Shown: in pieces, positions 55,049 through 64,000 of the stretch | Position numbering within the stretch: position 1 is the stretch's first letter | How the letters are laid out: every line of letters starts with the position of its first letter | Assembly: GCA_964471155.1 (NCBI GenBank) | Contig: CAYYFX010000002.1 | Location: forward strand, 9,852 to 73,851 | Origin: an uncultured Gemmatimonadota bacterium | Lineage (GTDB): Bacteria; ARS69 | DNA length: 64,000 nt | Direction of reading: 5' to 3' | The notes under the pieces: generated by a model | Database searches by the model: none | What the model was told of the DNA's origin: nothing | The model's input: the letters and a program-made list of their open reading frames with translations, nothing else | Position numbers and translations under genes: made by a program

Positions 55049-56539
55049 TCAGCGCGCCGCGCGCTGCAGCACGACCTTCCGGGTCACCGCGCCGCCGTCG
55101 GTCTCGAGGCGGACGAAGTAGATGCCGGAGCCGACCTCGTCGCCGAAGTCGTCCCGGCCGTTCCACTCCACCGTGTGCCGGCCCGCGAGGCGCTCGCCGT
55201 CCAGGAGCGCGCGGATCCTCCGGCCGCCCACGTCGTGCACGGTGACGCGGATGCGGGCGGGGACCGGCGTGTCGAACTGCAGCGTCGTCCGGATGTCGAA
55301 GGGGTTCGGCGCCACGGTGAAGTCCACCGCCGCGGTCGCGACCTCCGGCGCCGCGACCGTCCCCGGCGGATACAGCCAGCGCAGGATGTCCGGGAACCGT
55401 GCCGCCCAGGCCGTCTCGTTGTGGTTCGCGTTCTCGTGCTCGAAGACCCGCAGGTTCGCGCCGGGGGAGAACCCCTGCGCCAGCATCACGTCCCGCATCG
55501 CGCGGAGATCGTCGATGCTGTCGTCCACGCCGTTGCCGTTCGCGTCCACGAGCGAGCCGGACTCGCGCGTGCCCATGTCCATCGACACGCGGACGTCGGG
55601 CTTCGCCTGCGCGTTCGCCCAGGCGACCATCTCGTGGTCCCTCCACCACAGGGACGGGGACAGCGAGGCGATCCGGCCGAACGCCTCGTCGTGCGCGTAC
55701 GCCGCGTACAGGGACATGAGCCCGCCCAGGGACGACCCGGCCAGGCCGGTGGCCGCCGCATCCGGCAGCGTGCGGTACGTGGCGTCCACCCAGGGCTTCA
55801 AGGCGCCGAGGATCTCCTGCAGGTGCTGCTCGCCGCCGCCGCCCGTGCCGCCGCTGCCGGGCCACGGCGTGTACTCGTGCACGCGCGCCGTCTCCCCGTT
55901 CGCCGCGGCCACCACGATCAGCGGCTCGATCTCCCCCGCCGGGATCAACTGCTCGCAGGTCTCGTCCACGTGCCACTCGCCCGCGAAGCTGGTGGCGGCA
56001 TCGAACACGTTCTGCCCGTCGAACATGTACAGCACGGGGAAACGCCGCGCCGGGTCCGCGTGGTAGCCGGGCGGCAGGTACACCCACACGCGGCGTCCGG
56101 CCAGGAAGCCGGGCACCGTGACGAGCGAGACATCCCCGGTGATCGTGGACGGGGCAAGGTCCGCCCAGCGCGCCACGGTGAACGCGTGGGTGCCGCTGCC
56201 GCCGATCGCGAGGATGCGGTTCGCGATCTCCTCCCCGGCCGGCCCCTTCTCCACCCGCGCCCAGGTCCCGCGCGTGAACTTGAACTGGATGGTGACGGGC
56301 GCCGCGAAGGACAGCGTGATCTCGTGCAGCCGCGGCGCCACCTCCGTGAGGCGGTGCGCCGGGCTGCCGGGGTTCCAGTCCTGGAAGTCCCCGGCGATGT
56401 AGACCGCCTCCCCGGCCGGCGTCTCCGCGGGCACGGTGACGCGGAACGTGACGTCGGCGGCGGGCGCCGGCGCGGCGGCGAGGAGGAGCGCGACCAGGAG
56501 CGCGACGGGGCGGAACGACAGCGCGGGCGCGTTGCGCAT
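55049..56539 (-). CDS. secreted CBM20/48-like starch-binding module + esterase-family alpha/beta hydrolase + FlgD-Ig/T9SS-type CTD (496 aa)
   Basis: Signal peptide MRNAPALSFRPVALLVALLLAAAPAPA. CBM-like part: VTFRVTVPAETPAGEAVYIAGDFQDWNP. Esterase part: VWVYLPPGY...FPVLYMFDGQN...GSSLGGLMSL. CTD: APNPF...GIYFVRL. Confidence 0.88.
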   Translation of the reverse strand: MRNAPALSFRPVALLVALLLAAAPAPAADVTFRVTVPAETPAGEAVYIAGDFQDWNPGSPAHRLTEVAPRLHEITLSFAAPVTIQFKFTRGTWARVEKGPAGEEIANRILAIGGSGTHAFTVARWADLAPSTITGDVSLVTVPGFLAGRRVWVYLPPGYHADPARRFPVLYMFDGQNVFDAATSFAGEWHVDETCEQLIPAGEIEPLIVVAAANGETARVHEYTPWPGSGGTGGGGEQHLQEILGALKPWVDATYRTLPDAAATGLAGSSLGGLMSLYAAYAHDEAFGRIASLSPSLWWRDHEMVAWANAQAKPDVRVSMDMGTRESGSLVDANGNGVDDSIDDLRAMRDVMLAQGFSPGANLRVFEHENANHNETAWAARFPDILRWLYPPGTVAAPEVATAAVDFTVAPNPFDIRTTLQFDTPVPARIRVTVHDVGGRRIRALLDGERLAGRHTVEWNGRDDFGDEVGSGIYFVRLETDGGAVTRKVVLQRAAR

Positions 56540-56773
56540 GGCGGGACCTCGCGGGGAGTCGCCGGGGGCGGCGGCGCCCCCAGCGTACTGCAACCGCTCC
56601 CGCCGCTCCACCGCCGCGCGGGGCCGGTGCCGACCCGCGGACGCGAGCCCGCGCGTCGCTTGCGCACCGGCGGGCGTGCTCGAACCGGGCCGCTACTTCC
56701 CGCGAAGGGCGGTCCGGTGGCGCGGGAGGCTCTTCCCGTCTTGCGCCGAATCCGCCGGGGAGATGACAGCGTG

Positions 56774-56798
56774 GGGGCCCCGGGATGCCCGGGGCCCC
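56774..56798 (-). terminator. perfect 11-bp GC hairpin (GGGGCCCCGGG-ATG-CCCGGGGCCCC) 6 nt downstream of the etfA stop
   Basis: The inverted repeat was read directly. It sits at the end of the ACAD/ETF operon. There is no U-tract. Confidence 0.5.
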
Positions 56799-56804
56799 GC
56801 CGGC

Positions 56805-57854
56805 TCAGGAGGACGGGACCTTCGCCCCCGCCGCGAGCATCGCGTTCACCGCGGCCATCACCTCGAACGCGTCGGCCACGTACAGCACGTCGGCCTTGCC
56901 GCGCGCCCAGCCGCAGTTCGGATCCAGGTTGATCGCGCGGCGCTCGGTGATGAACCGCCATCCCACCACGTGCGGCTCCTCGCCGTGGCAGCAGGTGGAC
57001 AGTCCCTTCGGATGGCGCGGGGTGGACCCGGTCTGGCCCACCTGGTTCAGGTGGGTCATGAAGGGGAGCACGTCCTGGCCGGTGCCGGCCTGGTCCACGA
57101 GGGACTTGCTGGACCCCAGCGACGCCTTCGCGACGTCCAGGAAACCGCGGATCAGGCTCTCGGCCTCCTTCGTGTGCGGCTGACCGTCGCGCTGCTTCTT
57201 CGTCCAGCCGGCGCCGGCCACGAACAGGAGCGCCGCGTCCGGCCGGATGGTGCGCGTGCCGGCGGATGCCTCCTCCACACCGACCACCTCGGTCCGGCGG
57301 TGCGCGTCCGCCACGGCCACGGCCACGTCCTCCACCGCGGCCGCCCCGCTCTCCCCGGTCCACGGGGCGAACACGCCGGACTCCACCAGCACCACCCACG
57401 GCCGCGCGGCGCGCGTCTGCACCGCCACCATGCGCTGCCGGTAGTACCAGCGCTGGATCCGCACCTCGCCGCCCTCGGCGGAGAGGCCGGTGGCGCGCGT
57501 GTCCACGCGCCCGCCCGTGCGCGCCGCCGCGCCGGGAAGCGCGCGGGCAAGGCGCGAGGTGGTGGGCGCCACGACGATCGTGGGATCGGCGGCGCGGATC
57601 AGCGCCTCCGCCGCCGCGGCATCCGTGGCGTACCGCGACGCGGAGAAGTCCTCGCCGGCCACGCCGAGGAAGCGCGCGGCGCCGCACGACGCGATCGCGT
57701 CCGCGGCCGCCTCGACCTCGCCTCCGAACAGGGCCGCGGTGAGCGGCGCGCCGAGCGCCGCGGCCAGGTCCATCGCGCCGCGCAGCGCCTCGCGCGCCGG
57801 CGCCGGCAGCGAACCGTCGGCTTCCGTGTGCGTCAGGAAGAGGATCCGTTCCAC
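56805..57854 (-). CDS. etfA: electron transfer flavoprotein subunit alpha (FixB-like) (349 aa)
   Basis: The C-terminal FAD-binding pattern is AALLFVAGAGW...SKSLVDQAGTGQDVLPFMTHLNQVGQTGSTPRHPKGLSTCCHGEEPHVVGW. The GTG start lies 8 nt after GGAGGG. Confidence 0.88.
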   Translation of the reverse strand: MERILFLTHTEADGSLPAPAREALRGAMDLAAALGAPLTAALFGGEVEAAADAIASCGAARFLGVAGEDFSASRYATDAAAAEALIRAADPTIVVAPTTSRLARALPGAAARTGGRVDTRATGLSAEGGEVRIQRWYYRQRMVAVQTRAARPWVVLVESGVFAPWTGESGAAAVEDVAVAVADAHRRTEVVGVEEASAGTRTIRPDAALLFVAGAGWTKKQRDGQPHTKEAESLIRGFLDVAKASLGSSKSLVDQAGTGQDVLPFMTHLNQVGQTGSTPRHPKGLSTCCHGEEPHVVGWRFITERRAINLDPNCGWARGKADVLYVADAFEVMAAVNAMLAAGAKVPSS

Positions 57855-57859
57855 GGCGC

Positions 57860-58669
57860 TTACCCTCCGATCCACGCGACGAGCTCGCGCGCGATCTCGT
57901 CCGCCGGCAGGTCCTTGACGATGCGCGTCTCGCGCCGCTGCGCGGGAACCTCCACGCTCCGGAACGTCACGGCGTCCCGCGCGATCGCCGCCGGCACCGC
58001 CTTCGCGAGCGCGGGCATCACGCCGCGCATGTTCGCCATCCCCACCTTCGGGTTGCTCGGGGGTTCGGGGCGGCTGCCCGTGGCCCAAGCCAGCACGGCC
58101 GGCGCGCCGGCGCAGCGGGACACGAGATAGCGCCCGCCCTCGGCGCGCTCGTGGATCCGCAGCGCGCCCCCGTCCTCGATCGCGAGCGCGTCCACGCCGA
58201 GGAACTGGTCCGGAACGCCGAGCGCTTCGCCCACGAGCTGCATCGTGACGCCCGCATCGCGCGACGCGGAGGCGCAGCCGCCGAACAGAAGGAGACGCGA
58301 CCGGTCGAGCCCCGCGATCCCCTCGATCGCCTTCGCCAGCGCCGCCGCCGTCCCGTGCGCGTCCACGAAGCCGCTGGACGGACCGTCGACCGCCACCAGC
58401 TCGAAGGGCGCCTTCTGCGCCACCGTCATCATGAGCTGCTGCAGCCGCGGCTTCGGTCCCAGGCTCACCAGCCACACCTTCGTGTCCGGCACGGTGGCGG
58501 CCAGGTGCGCCGCCTCGTACAACGCATGCCCCGCCCACGGATCCAGGACCGGCGGCAGCATCGCCTCGTTCTTCAGCGCCGGCCCCTCCGGGCCGGTCAC
58601 CGGCTCGAGGGTCTGCAGCGGATCGGGAACGATCCCGCCGCACACGACGACGTGGAAGCCTGCGCTCAT
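57860..58669 (-). CDS. etfB: electron transfer flavoprotein subunit beta (FixA-like) (269 aa)
   Basis: The sequence HVVVCGGIVPDPLQTLEP...VWLVSLGP...LLLFGGCASASRDAGVTMQLVGEALGVP shows EtfB family architecture. Confidence 0.85.
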   Translation of the reverse strand: MSAGFHVVVCGGIVPDPLQTLEPVTGPEGPALKNEAMLPPVLDPWAGHALYEAAHLAATVPDTKVWLVSLGPKPRLQQLMMTVAQKAPFELVAVDGPSSGFVDAHGTAAALAKAIEGIAGLDRSRLLLFGGCASASRDAGVTMQLVGEALGVPDQFLGVDALAIEDGGALRIHERAEGGRYLVSRCAGAPAVLAWATGSRPEPPSNPKVGMANMRGVMPALAKAVPAAIARDAVTFRSVEVPAQRRETRIVKDLPADEIARELVAWIGG

Positions 58670-58688
58670 CGCGTCTCCTTCGCGGGTT

Positions 58689-60515
58689 CTAGTTCTCCAC
58701 GGAGTGCAGTCCGCCCGCGCCCGTGCGGAACCGCACGTTCTCCTCGGGGCAGTTCCACAGGCACGCCCCGCAGTGCACGCACTTCTCGCGGTCGAACCGC
58801 GGCACGCCGTTCCCCCCGGGCGTGATGGCCTGCCCGGAGCACATCTCGATGCAAAGCCGCTGCCCGCAGTCCGCGCACACGCCCGCGTCCTCGAAGACCA
58901 CGTGGTCCGCGTAGCCGGCCGGCGCCTGCACCTTGCCGCCGAGCAGCAGGGCGTCCTGGTGCGAGACGATCAGGGTCCCGTCCGGCTCCACGGCCGGCCA
59001 GCCGCACCGCTCCATCACGGCGTCGTGCAGGCCGACGCCCTTCGCGGCGCACTCGGCCTCGAGGCGGCGCAGCTCGTCCGGCGCGATGCGGCCCGCGCAC
59101 CATGCGTCGACGGACGGGATGCGCGCCGCCGCCCGCGGACCGCGTCCGCCCAGGTGCAGCCGGCCGCCGGTGAGCCCCGCCAGTCCCATGCCCAGGACGC
59201 CGGTGAGGAAGCCGCGGCGGAAGCCGTCGCGCGCGTGCTCGGCGACGCGGCCTTCGCGCTCCACGCGGCCGGCGCGGCGGCGGCGCACGTACGCGGCGTC
59301 GAGGTCCGCGCCGTCCAGGGGCCGGCCGGCGCGCCACAGCTCGATCACGCCCTCCGCGAGCGAGACGCCCGTGGTCCACGCCTCGTCCACGCCCGAGCCC
59401 GTGAGCACGTTCGTGCTGCCCGAACCCTCGCCGATCCGCGCGAAGCCGTTCCCCACGAGGAACGGCTCGCCGCGCCGGCCGGACTCCTGCAGGGACTTCG
59501 CGCCCCAGGAGCGCATCGTGCCGCCGGCGAGGTGTCGCCAGAGGCGCGGGTGCCGCATCCAGTGCTGCAGGTAGCGGTACGAGCAGCGCACCGGGGACCG
59601 CAGGGTGCTCGGCACGAAGATGCCGAGCGACGCCGCGCCTCCGGGATGCACGTACAGGAACCCGAAGATCCCCGGCTCGGGATAGCCCATCGTGTGCAGC
59701 ACGGTTCCCGGCGCGAGCCCCGAGTCCTTGGGCAGGTCCACGACCATCTTCATCCCCACCGCCCACTCGTCGCGTTCGTGGCCGGCCGGCGCGCCGAAGC
59801 GCTCGTCCAGCCGCCGGCCCACCGGGCCGACCGGGCCGTCGGCGACCACGGTGAGCGCCGCGCGCACGTCCATGCCCGGCATGTAGCCGGCGTCCGGGGC
59901 GCCCGCGCGGTCCGTGCCCTGGTCCAGCAGCCGCACGCCGGCCACGCGGTCCCCTTCGAACAGCGGCTCCGCCACCGGCATGCCCGGCCAGATCTGTACG
60001 ACGCCGTCGGCGGTCAGCCGCGACGCCACCCACTGGTTGAACTGGCCGAGCGAGAGCAGGAAGCCGTCGTGCTTGCGCAGGAAGGGCGGGACCCACGGCA
60101 GCTCCAGCGCGTGGTCGGTGCGCGTGGCCGGCGCGACGCGCAGGACGCCCTCGAGCACGCGCAGCGCGGCGCCGCGCCGGCTCGCGCCGTGCGGATCCAG
60201 CAGGTACAGCACCTTCTCGTCCGTCACCGCGTGCGCCATGGGGATGCCCGAGGGATCGAGATCCGGGAAGGTCTCCCGGATGCCGCGCCCGCGCGTGACC
60301 GCGCCGGACACGCCGAACGCCAGGTCCTCCGCCCGCTCGAAGCACACCACCTGCATCGGCATCCCGGGCATCGCGCGGCTCACCAGCGCGGGCGCGCCGT
60401 CCGCGCCGGCAAGCGCGCGCGACAGCGTGGCGAGGAAGCCGCCGGCCGCAGGGCCGAAGCCCACGCACGCCACGTCCACCTCGAGCGTCTGTCGTTCGAT
60501 GTCCGTGTCCGGCAT
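58689..60515 (-). CDS. ETF-quinone oxidoreductase / FixC-FixX-like flavoprotein with C-terminal 4Fe-4S ferredoxin domain (608 aa)
   Basis: FAD-binding motif VDVACVGFGPAAGG. The C-terminal Cys clusters are CADCGQRLCIEMC and KCVHCGACLWNCP. Confidence 0.85.
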   Translation of the reverse strand: MPDTDIERQTLEVDVACVGFGPAAGGFLATLSRALAGADGAPALVSRAMPGMPMQVVCFERAEDLAFGVSGAVTRGRGIRETFPDLDPSGIPMAHAVTDEKVLYLLDPHGASRRGAALRVLEGVLRVAPATRTDHALELPWVPPFLRKHDGFLLSLGQFNQWVASRLTADGVVQIWPGMPVAEPLFEGDRVAGVRLLDQGTDRAGAPDAGYMPGMDVRAALTVVADGPVGPVGRRLDERFGAPAGHERDEWAVGMKMVVDLPKDSGLAPGTVLHTMGYPEPGIFGFLYVHPGGAASLGIFVPSTLRSPVRCSYRYLQHWMRHPRLWRHLAGGTMRSWGAKSLQESGRRGEPFLVGNGFARIGEGSGSTNVLTGSGVDEAWTTGVSLAEGVIELWRAGRPLDGADLDAAYVRRRRAGRVEREGRVAEHARDGFRRGFLTGVLGMGLAGLTGGRLHLGGRGPRAAARIPSVDAWCAGRIAPDELRRLEAECAAKGVGLHDAVMERCGWPAVEPDGTLIVSHQDALLLGGKVQAPAGYADHVVFEDAGVCADCGQRLCIEMCSGQAITPGGNGVPRFDREKCVHCGACLWNCPEENVRFRTGAGGLHSVEN

Positions 60516-60541
60516 GTCCGCGCTCCTCCGGCCGCTCGCGG

Positions 60542-62746
60542 CTACTGCGGGTAGTCCAGCGCTTCCGGGATGGCCACGCCGGCGAGGGCGTGGGCCGCGC
60601 GGTCCTTCGCCAGCCGCGCGCCCGTGATGCAGCCGTCCAGCCGGCGCCGCAGACGCTCGAACGGCTCCAGGCCGCGGAAGCTCGCGCACGGGCCCGCCTT
60701 CGGCGCGTGCGTGCCGTCCGTCTCCACGACGTCCCCGTACGCGCGCTCGCCCGCGTCGATCCCGGGCATCACGGACTCCAGCCGGATGAGGTCGTCCGCG
60801 CCGAAGCACGACGCCCCGTTCTCCCACGACGGGTGCCGGTTGTAGCCGAACACGAGCTCCGTGCAGATCCGCGCCGCCTCGCCGGCCGCGCGCGCGGCCT
60901 GCACGTGGCAGAGGTCCTGCAGGAAGGCGAACGTTCCCGCGTGCTCCGCGTCGTCCAGCTCCATCGCGTCCAGGATCTGGTAGCGGGACGCCAGCAGCCA
61001 GCACAGCGCGTCCGCCATCGGGAACGTGACGCCCTGGCGCTGCCCGCGGTACAGCGCCTTGCCGTCCGCGTCCGTGGCGCGCAGGAGGTGGCGCAGCGTC
61101 CACTGCCAGAGCTCCATCGCGGAGGCGAGCGCGCACGCGCCCGTGCCGGGGCGTCGCCCGGCGATCCGCCGCAGCTCGGCGATCCAGTCCCGGAGCTGCG
61201 CGAGGAACACCTCGCTCGTCATCGTCACGGAGAGCTGCCGGCGCTGCACGGCCTCCGGCCCCTCGTACGTGGCCTCGAGCTGCGCGTCCATCCACTTGTG
61301 CGCGAGGAAGCCGGGGCAGTCCTCGGTGATGCCGTAGCCGCCCATCAGGCTCACGGCCTCGCGCATCGTGTTCGCGCCGTGGCCCGTGTTCCAGAGCTTG
61401 CAGGCGGGGCAGATCACGTTCGCCACCGCGTCCGCCAGCACGTACTCCACGAGCGGGTCCGCGGTGAGCCCGGCGATGCGCGCGTCGTCCCGCGTGGCGG
61501 CGGGCCGTCGCGCCAGTTCCAGCGCCTCGAGCGCGGCCGCCTCCACCTTCTTCAACTCCCGCATCTCCGCGCGCGGACCGTCCACGCCACGCTCGCGCAG
61601 CAGCTCCTCCTTGCGGTCCTCCACCGGGTCGAAGGCGTCGAAGTGCCGCGCCGCCGCGAACCCGAGCGACGCGCTGGCCTCGCCGGTGGCCCACACGTCC
61701 ACGAGGCGATGCAGCACGTCCTCCTTCTGCTGCAGGCCCATGTCGTAGCGCGGGGTGCCGGGCTTCTCGGCGGCGCCGCCGCGGAAGCGCGCGCGGTGGT
61801 AGCGGATCAGCGGCTCGATCGCGGACAGCAGCTTCGCCGACGTCATCAGGCCCACGGTCACGCGCGTCCGGCGGAAGACGCTCTCGATCACCGCGCCGTG
61901 ATCGTGGTTCGGCACGATCACCCCGTCCCGCACCGTGTACCCGCCCACGATCCGGCTCGCCGGCACCGTGAGCGAGAAGATGGGGTCCGTGGTGGACGAG
62001 AGCTGGTGCACCATCTTCCGCGTGGGCGTGCCCCGGTCGAACGTGCCGGGGTCGTTCTCCTCGAGGAGGATCACGCAGCTTCCGTGGATCCGGGGATCAT
62101 CCGAGGTCACCGCCGCGGTCACGAAGTTCGCGAAGCCCATGTTCGTGATGAAGCGCCCGCGCTTCTCCACGCGCAGGAGCGGCTCCTGTCCGTCGTCCCA
62201 CCGTTCCACCCGGACCTTGCCGGACAGCACGCCGGTCTCCACGCCCACGAACGGCAACGGCTCGGTGAGGCAGAACGCGCCGCGCCACGGCTTCGCGGCG
62301 CCGCCGGGCACGCAGCGCGCCATGGTCTCGCGGCGCTGCTCCGGCGTGCCCTTCTCGTGGATGGGCGCCAGCGCGAGGCAGCCGGCCAGGCTGCACGTGG
62401 CCGCGCCGCCGTCCACCCACGCCAGCTCGAACGCGGCGAGCGCGAGCGCGAAGTTCTTCGGCCCGACGAGGTAGCCGCCGAACTCCGGGTCCATGTACAG
62501 GGACGTCAGTCCCGCGTCGTCGAACGCATCGAGCAGCGCGGACTTCGCCTCGGTCCACTCGTGCGCATGCCGCGCGCCCTCCGCCACCAGCCGCGCCACC
62601 GGCCCGCGGGCCACGGAGCGCGCGGACTGCACGACCATCTGCAGGTCGTACCGGTCCCGGAACCGCCAGAGGATCTGCCGTGCGTCGTCCCCGGGCAGCG
62701 TCTCGAGCGCCGGCCCGGCGGCCGTCCCGGCCACCTTCGCATCCAT
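60542..62746 (-). CDS. large acyl-CoA dehydrogenase family protein (734 aa)
   Basis: The ACAD N-terminal and middle domains read GAFCLTEPLPFVGVETGVLSGKV...RFITNMGFANFVTA. There is an extended C-terminal helical domain. The ATG at 62746 (MDAKVAG) was chosen; the upstream part of the ORF is non-protein-like. Confidence 0.85.
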   Translation of the reverse strand: MDAKVAGTAAGPALETLPGDDARQILWRFRDRYDLQMVVQSARSVARGPVARLVAEGARHAHEWTEAKSALLDAFDDAGLTSLYMDPEFGGYLVGPKNFALALAAFELAWVDGGAATCSLAGCLALAPIHEKGTPEQRRETMARCVPGGAAKPWRGAFCLTEPLPFVGVETGVLSGKVRVERWDDGQEPLLRVEKRGRFITNMGFANFVTAAVTSDDPRIHGSCVILLEENDPGTFDRGTPTRKMVHQLSSTTDPIFSLTVPASRIVGGYTVRDGVIVPNHDHGAVIESVFRRTRVTVGLMTSAKLLSAIEPLIRYHRARFRGGAAEKPGTPRYDMGLQQKEDVLHRLVDVWATGEASASLGFAAARHFDAFDPVEDRKEELLRERGVDGPRAEMRELKKVEAAALEALELARRPAATRDDARIAGLTADPLVEYVLADAVANVICPACKLWNTGHGANTMREAVSLMGGYGITEDCPGFLAHKWMDAQLEATYEGPEAVQRRQLSVTMTSEVFLAQLRDWIAELRRIAGRRPGTGACALASAMELWQWTLRHLLRATDADGKALYRGQRQGVTFPMADALCWLLASRYQILDAMELDDAEHAGTFAFLQDLCHVQAARAAGEAARICTELVFGYNRHPSWENGASCFGADDLIRLESVMPGIDAGERAYGDVVETDGTHAPKAGPCASFRGLEPFERLRRRLDGCITGARLAKDRAAHALAGVAIPEALDYPQ

Positions 62747-62900
62747 GGGGTAGCCCCTTTCGTGGTCGGGGCACGCGCGCCCCGTCGCTGGGGTCGATCG
62801 AGCCAAGGTACGCAAAGGGGAGCAACGAGTCCACTTTGGGGCCGGACGACCCGACCCGTCCCCGGGCGCCGGACTTGCCACCGAAGTCGTTGGGCAGCCG

Positions 62901-64000
62901 CTACTTGGGACCTTGCGCGCCCGCCACGGCCGCCTGCCCGAACGCGATGCCCCCGTCGTTCGGCGGGAAGGCGCGCGGCACGAGCACCCGGACTCCCCGC
63001 CCGGCCAGCCCCGCGGCCGTGCGCTCCAGCAGGCGGACGTTCTGGAAGACCCCGCCGGAGAGGACCACCGTGTCCAGGCCCCGCTCCCCCAGGAGCGCGA
63101 GGCACGCGGCCACCGTCCCGTCCGCGAACCCGTCGTGGAAGCGCGCCGCGATACGCGCCGCCGGCACCCCGGCCGCCGCGTCCCGCTGCACGGCGCGCAC
63201 GAGCGCGCGCGCGTCGAGGATCCGCATCCCCGGCGTTTCCGCGATCGGGAACGCGTACGCTCCGGCCCCGTCGCGACCCGCGTCCGGATCGGCCGCCGCT
63301 TCCAGCTCCGCCGCCGCCTGCCCCTCGTAGGTCACGCGCGCGCGGATCCCGAGCAGCGCGGCCACCGCGTCGAAGAGCCGACCGGCGCTCGTGGTCGCGG
63401 GCGACGCGAAGCCGCCGCGGGCGAGACGCGCGATCGTCGCCCAGGTCGCGGCGTCCACGTCGCCGCGCAGCACTTCCGGAACCGGCGGCACCTCGTCGTC
63501 GCAGGCGACGAGCCACGCGCACGCCATGCGCCATGGCTCGCGGATCGCCGCCGCGCCGCCCGGCATGCGGACCGGCCACAGGTGCGCGACGCGCCCGAAG
63601 CTCCGGAGGTCCCCGGCGAGCAGCTCGCCGCCCCACACGGTCCCGTCCGGGCCGTACCCGGTGCCGTCGTAGATCACGCCGAGCGCCGGCCCGCGCTCCC
63701 CGTGCTCCGCGAGGCACGCCGCGAGGTGCGCATGATGATGCTGCACACCGACCCGCGACACGTCGCCGCGTTGCCGCGCGTACTCGGTGGAGAGGTAGTC
63801 CGGGTGCAGGTCGTGCACCGCGGCCTCCGGAGCCACGGCGCACATCCGCTCGAGGTGCGCGATCCCCTCCCGGTACGAGCGGAGCGTCTCGTAGTTCTCG
63901 AGGTCGCCGATGTGGTGTCCCACCCACACGCGCCGTCCGCGCCCCACGGCGAACGTGCACTTCAGCTCCGGCCCGCACGCCAGGACGGGTCGCGGCAGCG
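62901..64000 (-). CDS. hypF: [NiFe]-hydrogenase maturation carbamoyltransferase HypF, C-terminal part (partial; the gene continues past the window end)
   Basis: The Kae1/YrdC-like C-terminal domain carries VQHHHAHLAACLAEHG, GVIYDGTGYGPDGTVWGGE, LSGGVFQN and PPNDGGIAFGQA. The reading frame stays open to position 64000. Confidence 0.88.
   Translation of the reverse strand, partial: LPRPVLACGPELKCTFAVGRGRRVWVGHHIGDLENYETLRSYREGIAHLERMCAVAPEAAVHDLHPDYLSTEYARQRGDVSRVGVQHHHAHLAACLAEHGERGPALGVIYDGTGYGPDGTVWGGELLAGDLRSFGRVAHLWPVRMPGGAAAIREPWRMACAWLVACDDEVPPVPEVLRGDVDAATWATIARLARGGFASPATTSAGRLFDAVAALLGIRARVTYEGQAAAELEAAADPDAGRDGAGAYAFPIAETPGMRILDARALVRAVQRDAAAGVPAARIAARFHDGFADGTVAACLALLGERGLDTVVLSGGVFQNVRLLERTAAGLAGRGVRVLVPRAFPPNDGGIAFGQAAVAGAQGPK

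Overview
This is a very GC-rich (roughly 70%) bacterial chromosomal segment. I support about 41 protein-coding genes, called by reading the six-frame track for protein-like (not Arg/Pro/Gly/Ala-biased) translations. Starts were refined using RBS, signal-peptide and start/stop-overlap evidence. I recognised no rRNA, tRNA, CRISPR array, transposase or integrase. Content is mostly envelope and secretome functions:
- two paralogous fused polytopic-membrane/spermidine-synthase-like/TPR proteins;
- a large GH13-like alpha-amylase family protein;
- a Ser/Thr kinase coupled to a DinB-like gene;
- a tail-fibre-like secreted protein with a peptidase S74 chaperone domain;
- an ArsR-DUF2087 regulator, a DUF5916/CBM9-like protein, a TonB-dependent receptor, an OPT transporter and an FHA-DUF4388 protein;
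- LVIVD and BNR/Ycf48-like beta-propellers, MgtC, a DmeF-like CDF transporter with an AraC regulator, and partial hypF;
- an acyl-CoA dehydrogenase/ETF-QO/etfBA operon.

Six secreted proteins share a FlgD-Ig/T9SS-type C-terminal domain of 79-87 aa. This suggests an uncultured FCB-superphylum, Gemmatimonadota or Eisenbacteria-like organism (inference only).

The most interesting locus is on the minus strand at 42894..51307. It contains a GAF-GAF sigma54 enhancer-binding protein, upstream palindromes and a -24/-12-like element. These precede a 78-aa NHLP/Nif11-leader-like small protein that is translationally coupled (GTGA) to a TolC-MFP-RND efflux operon.

All functional calls rest on remembered family motifs. 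No database search was run, and start codons are inferred.
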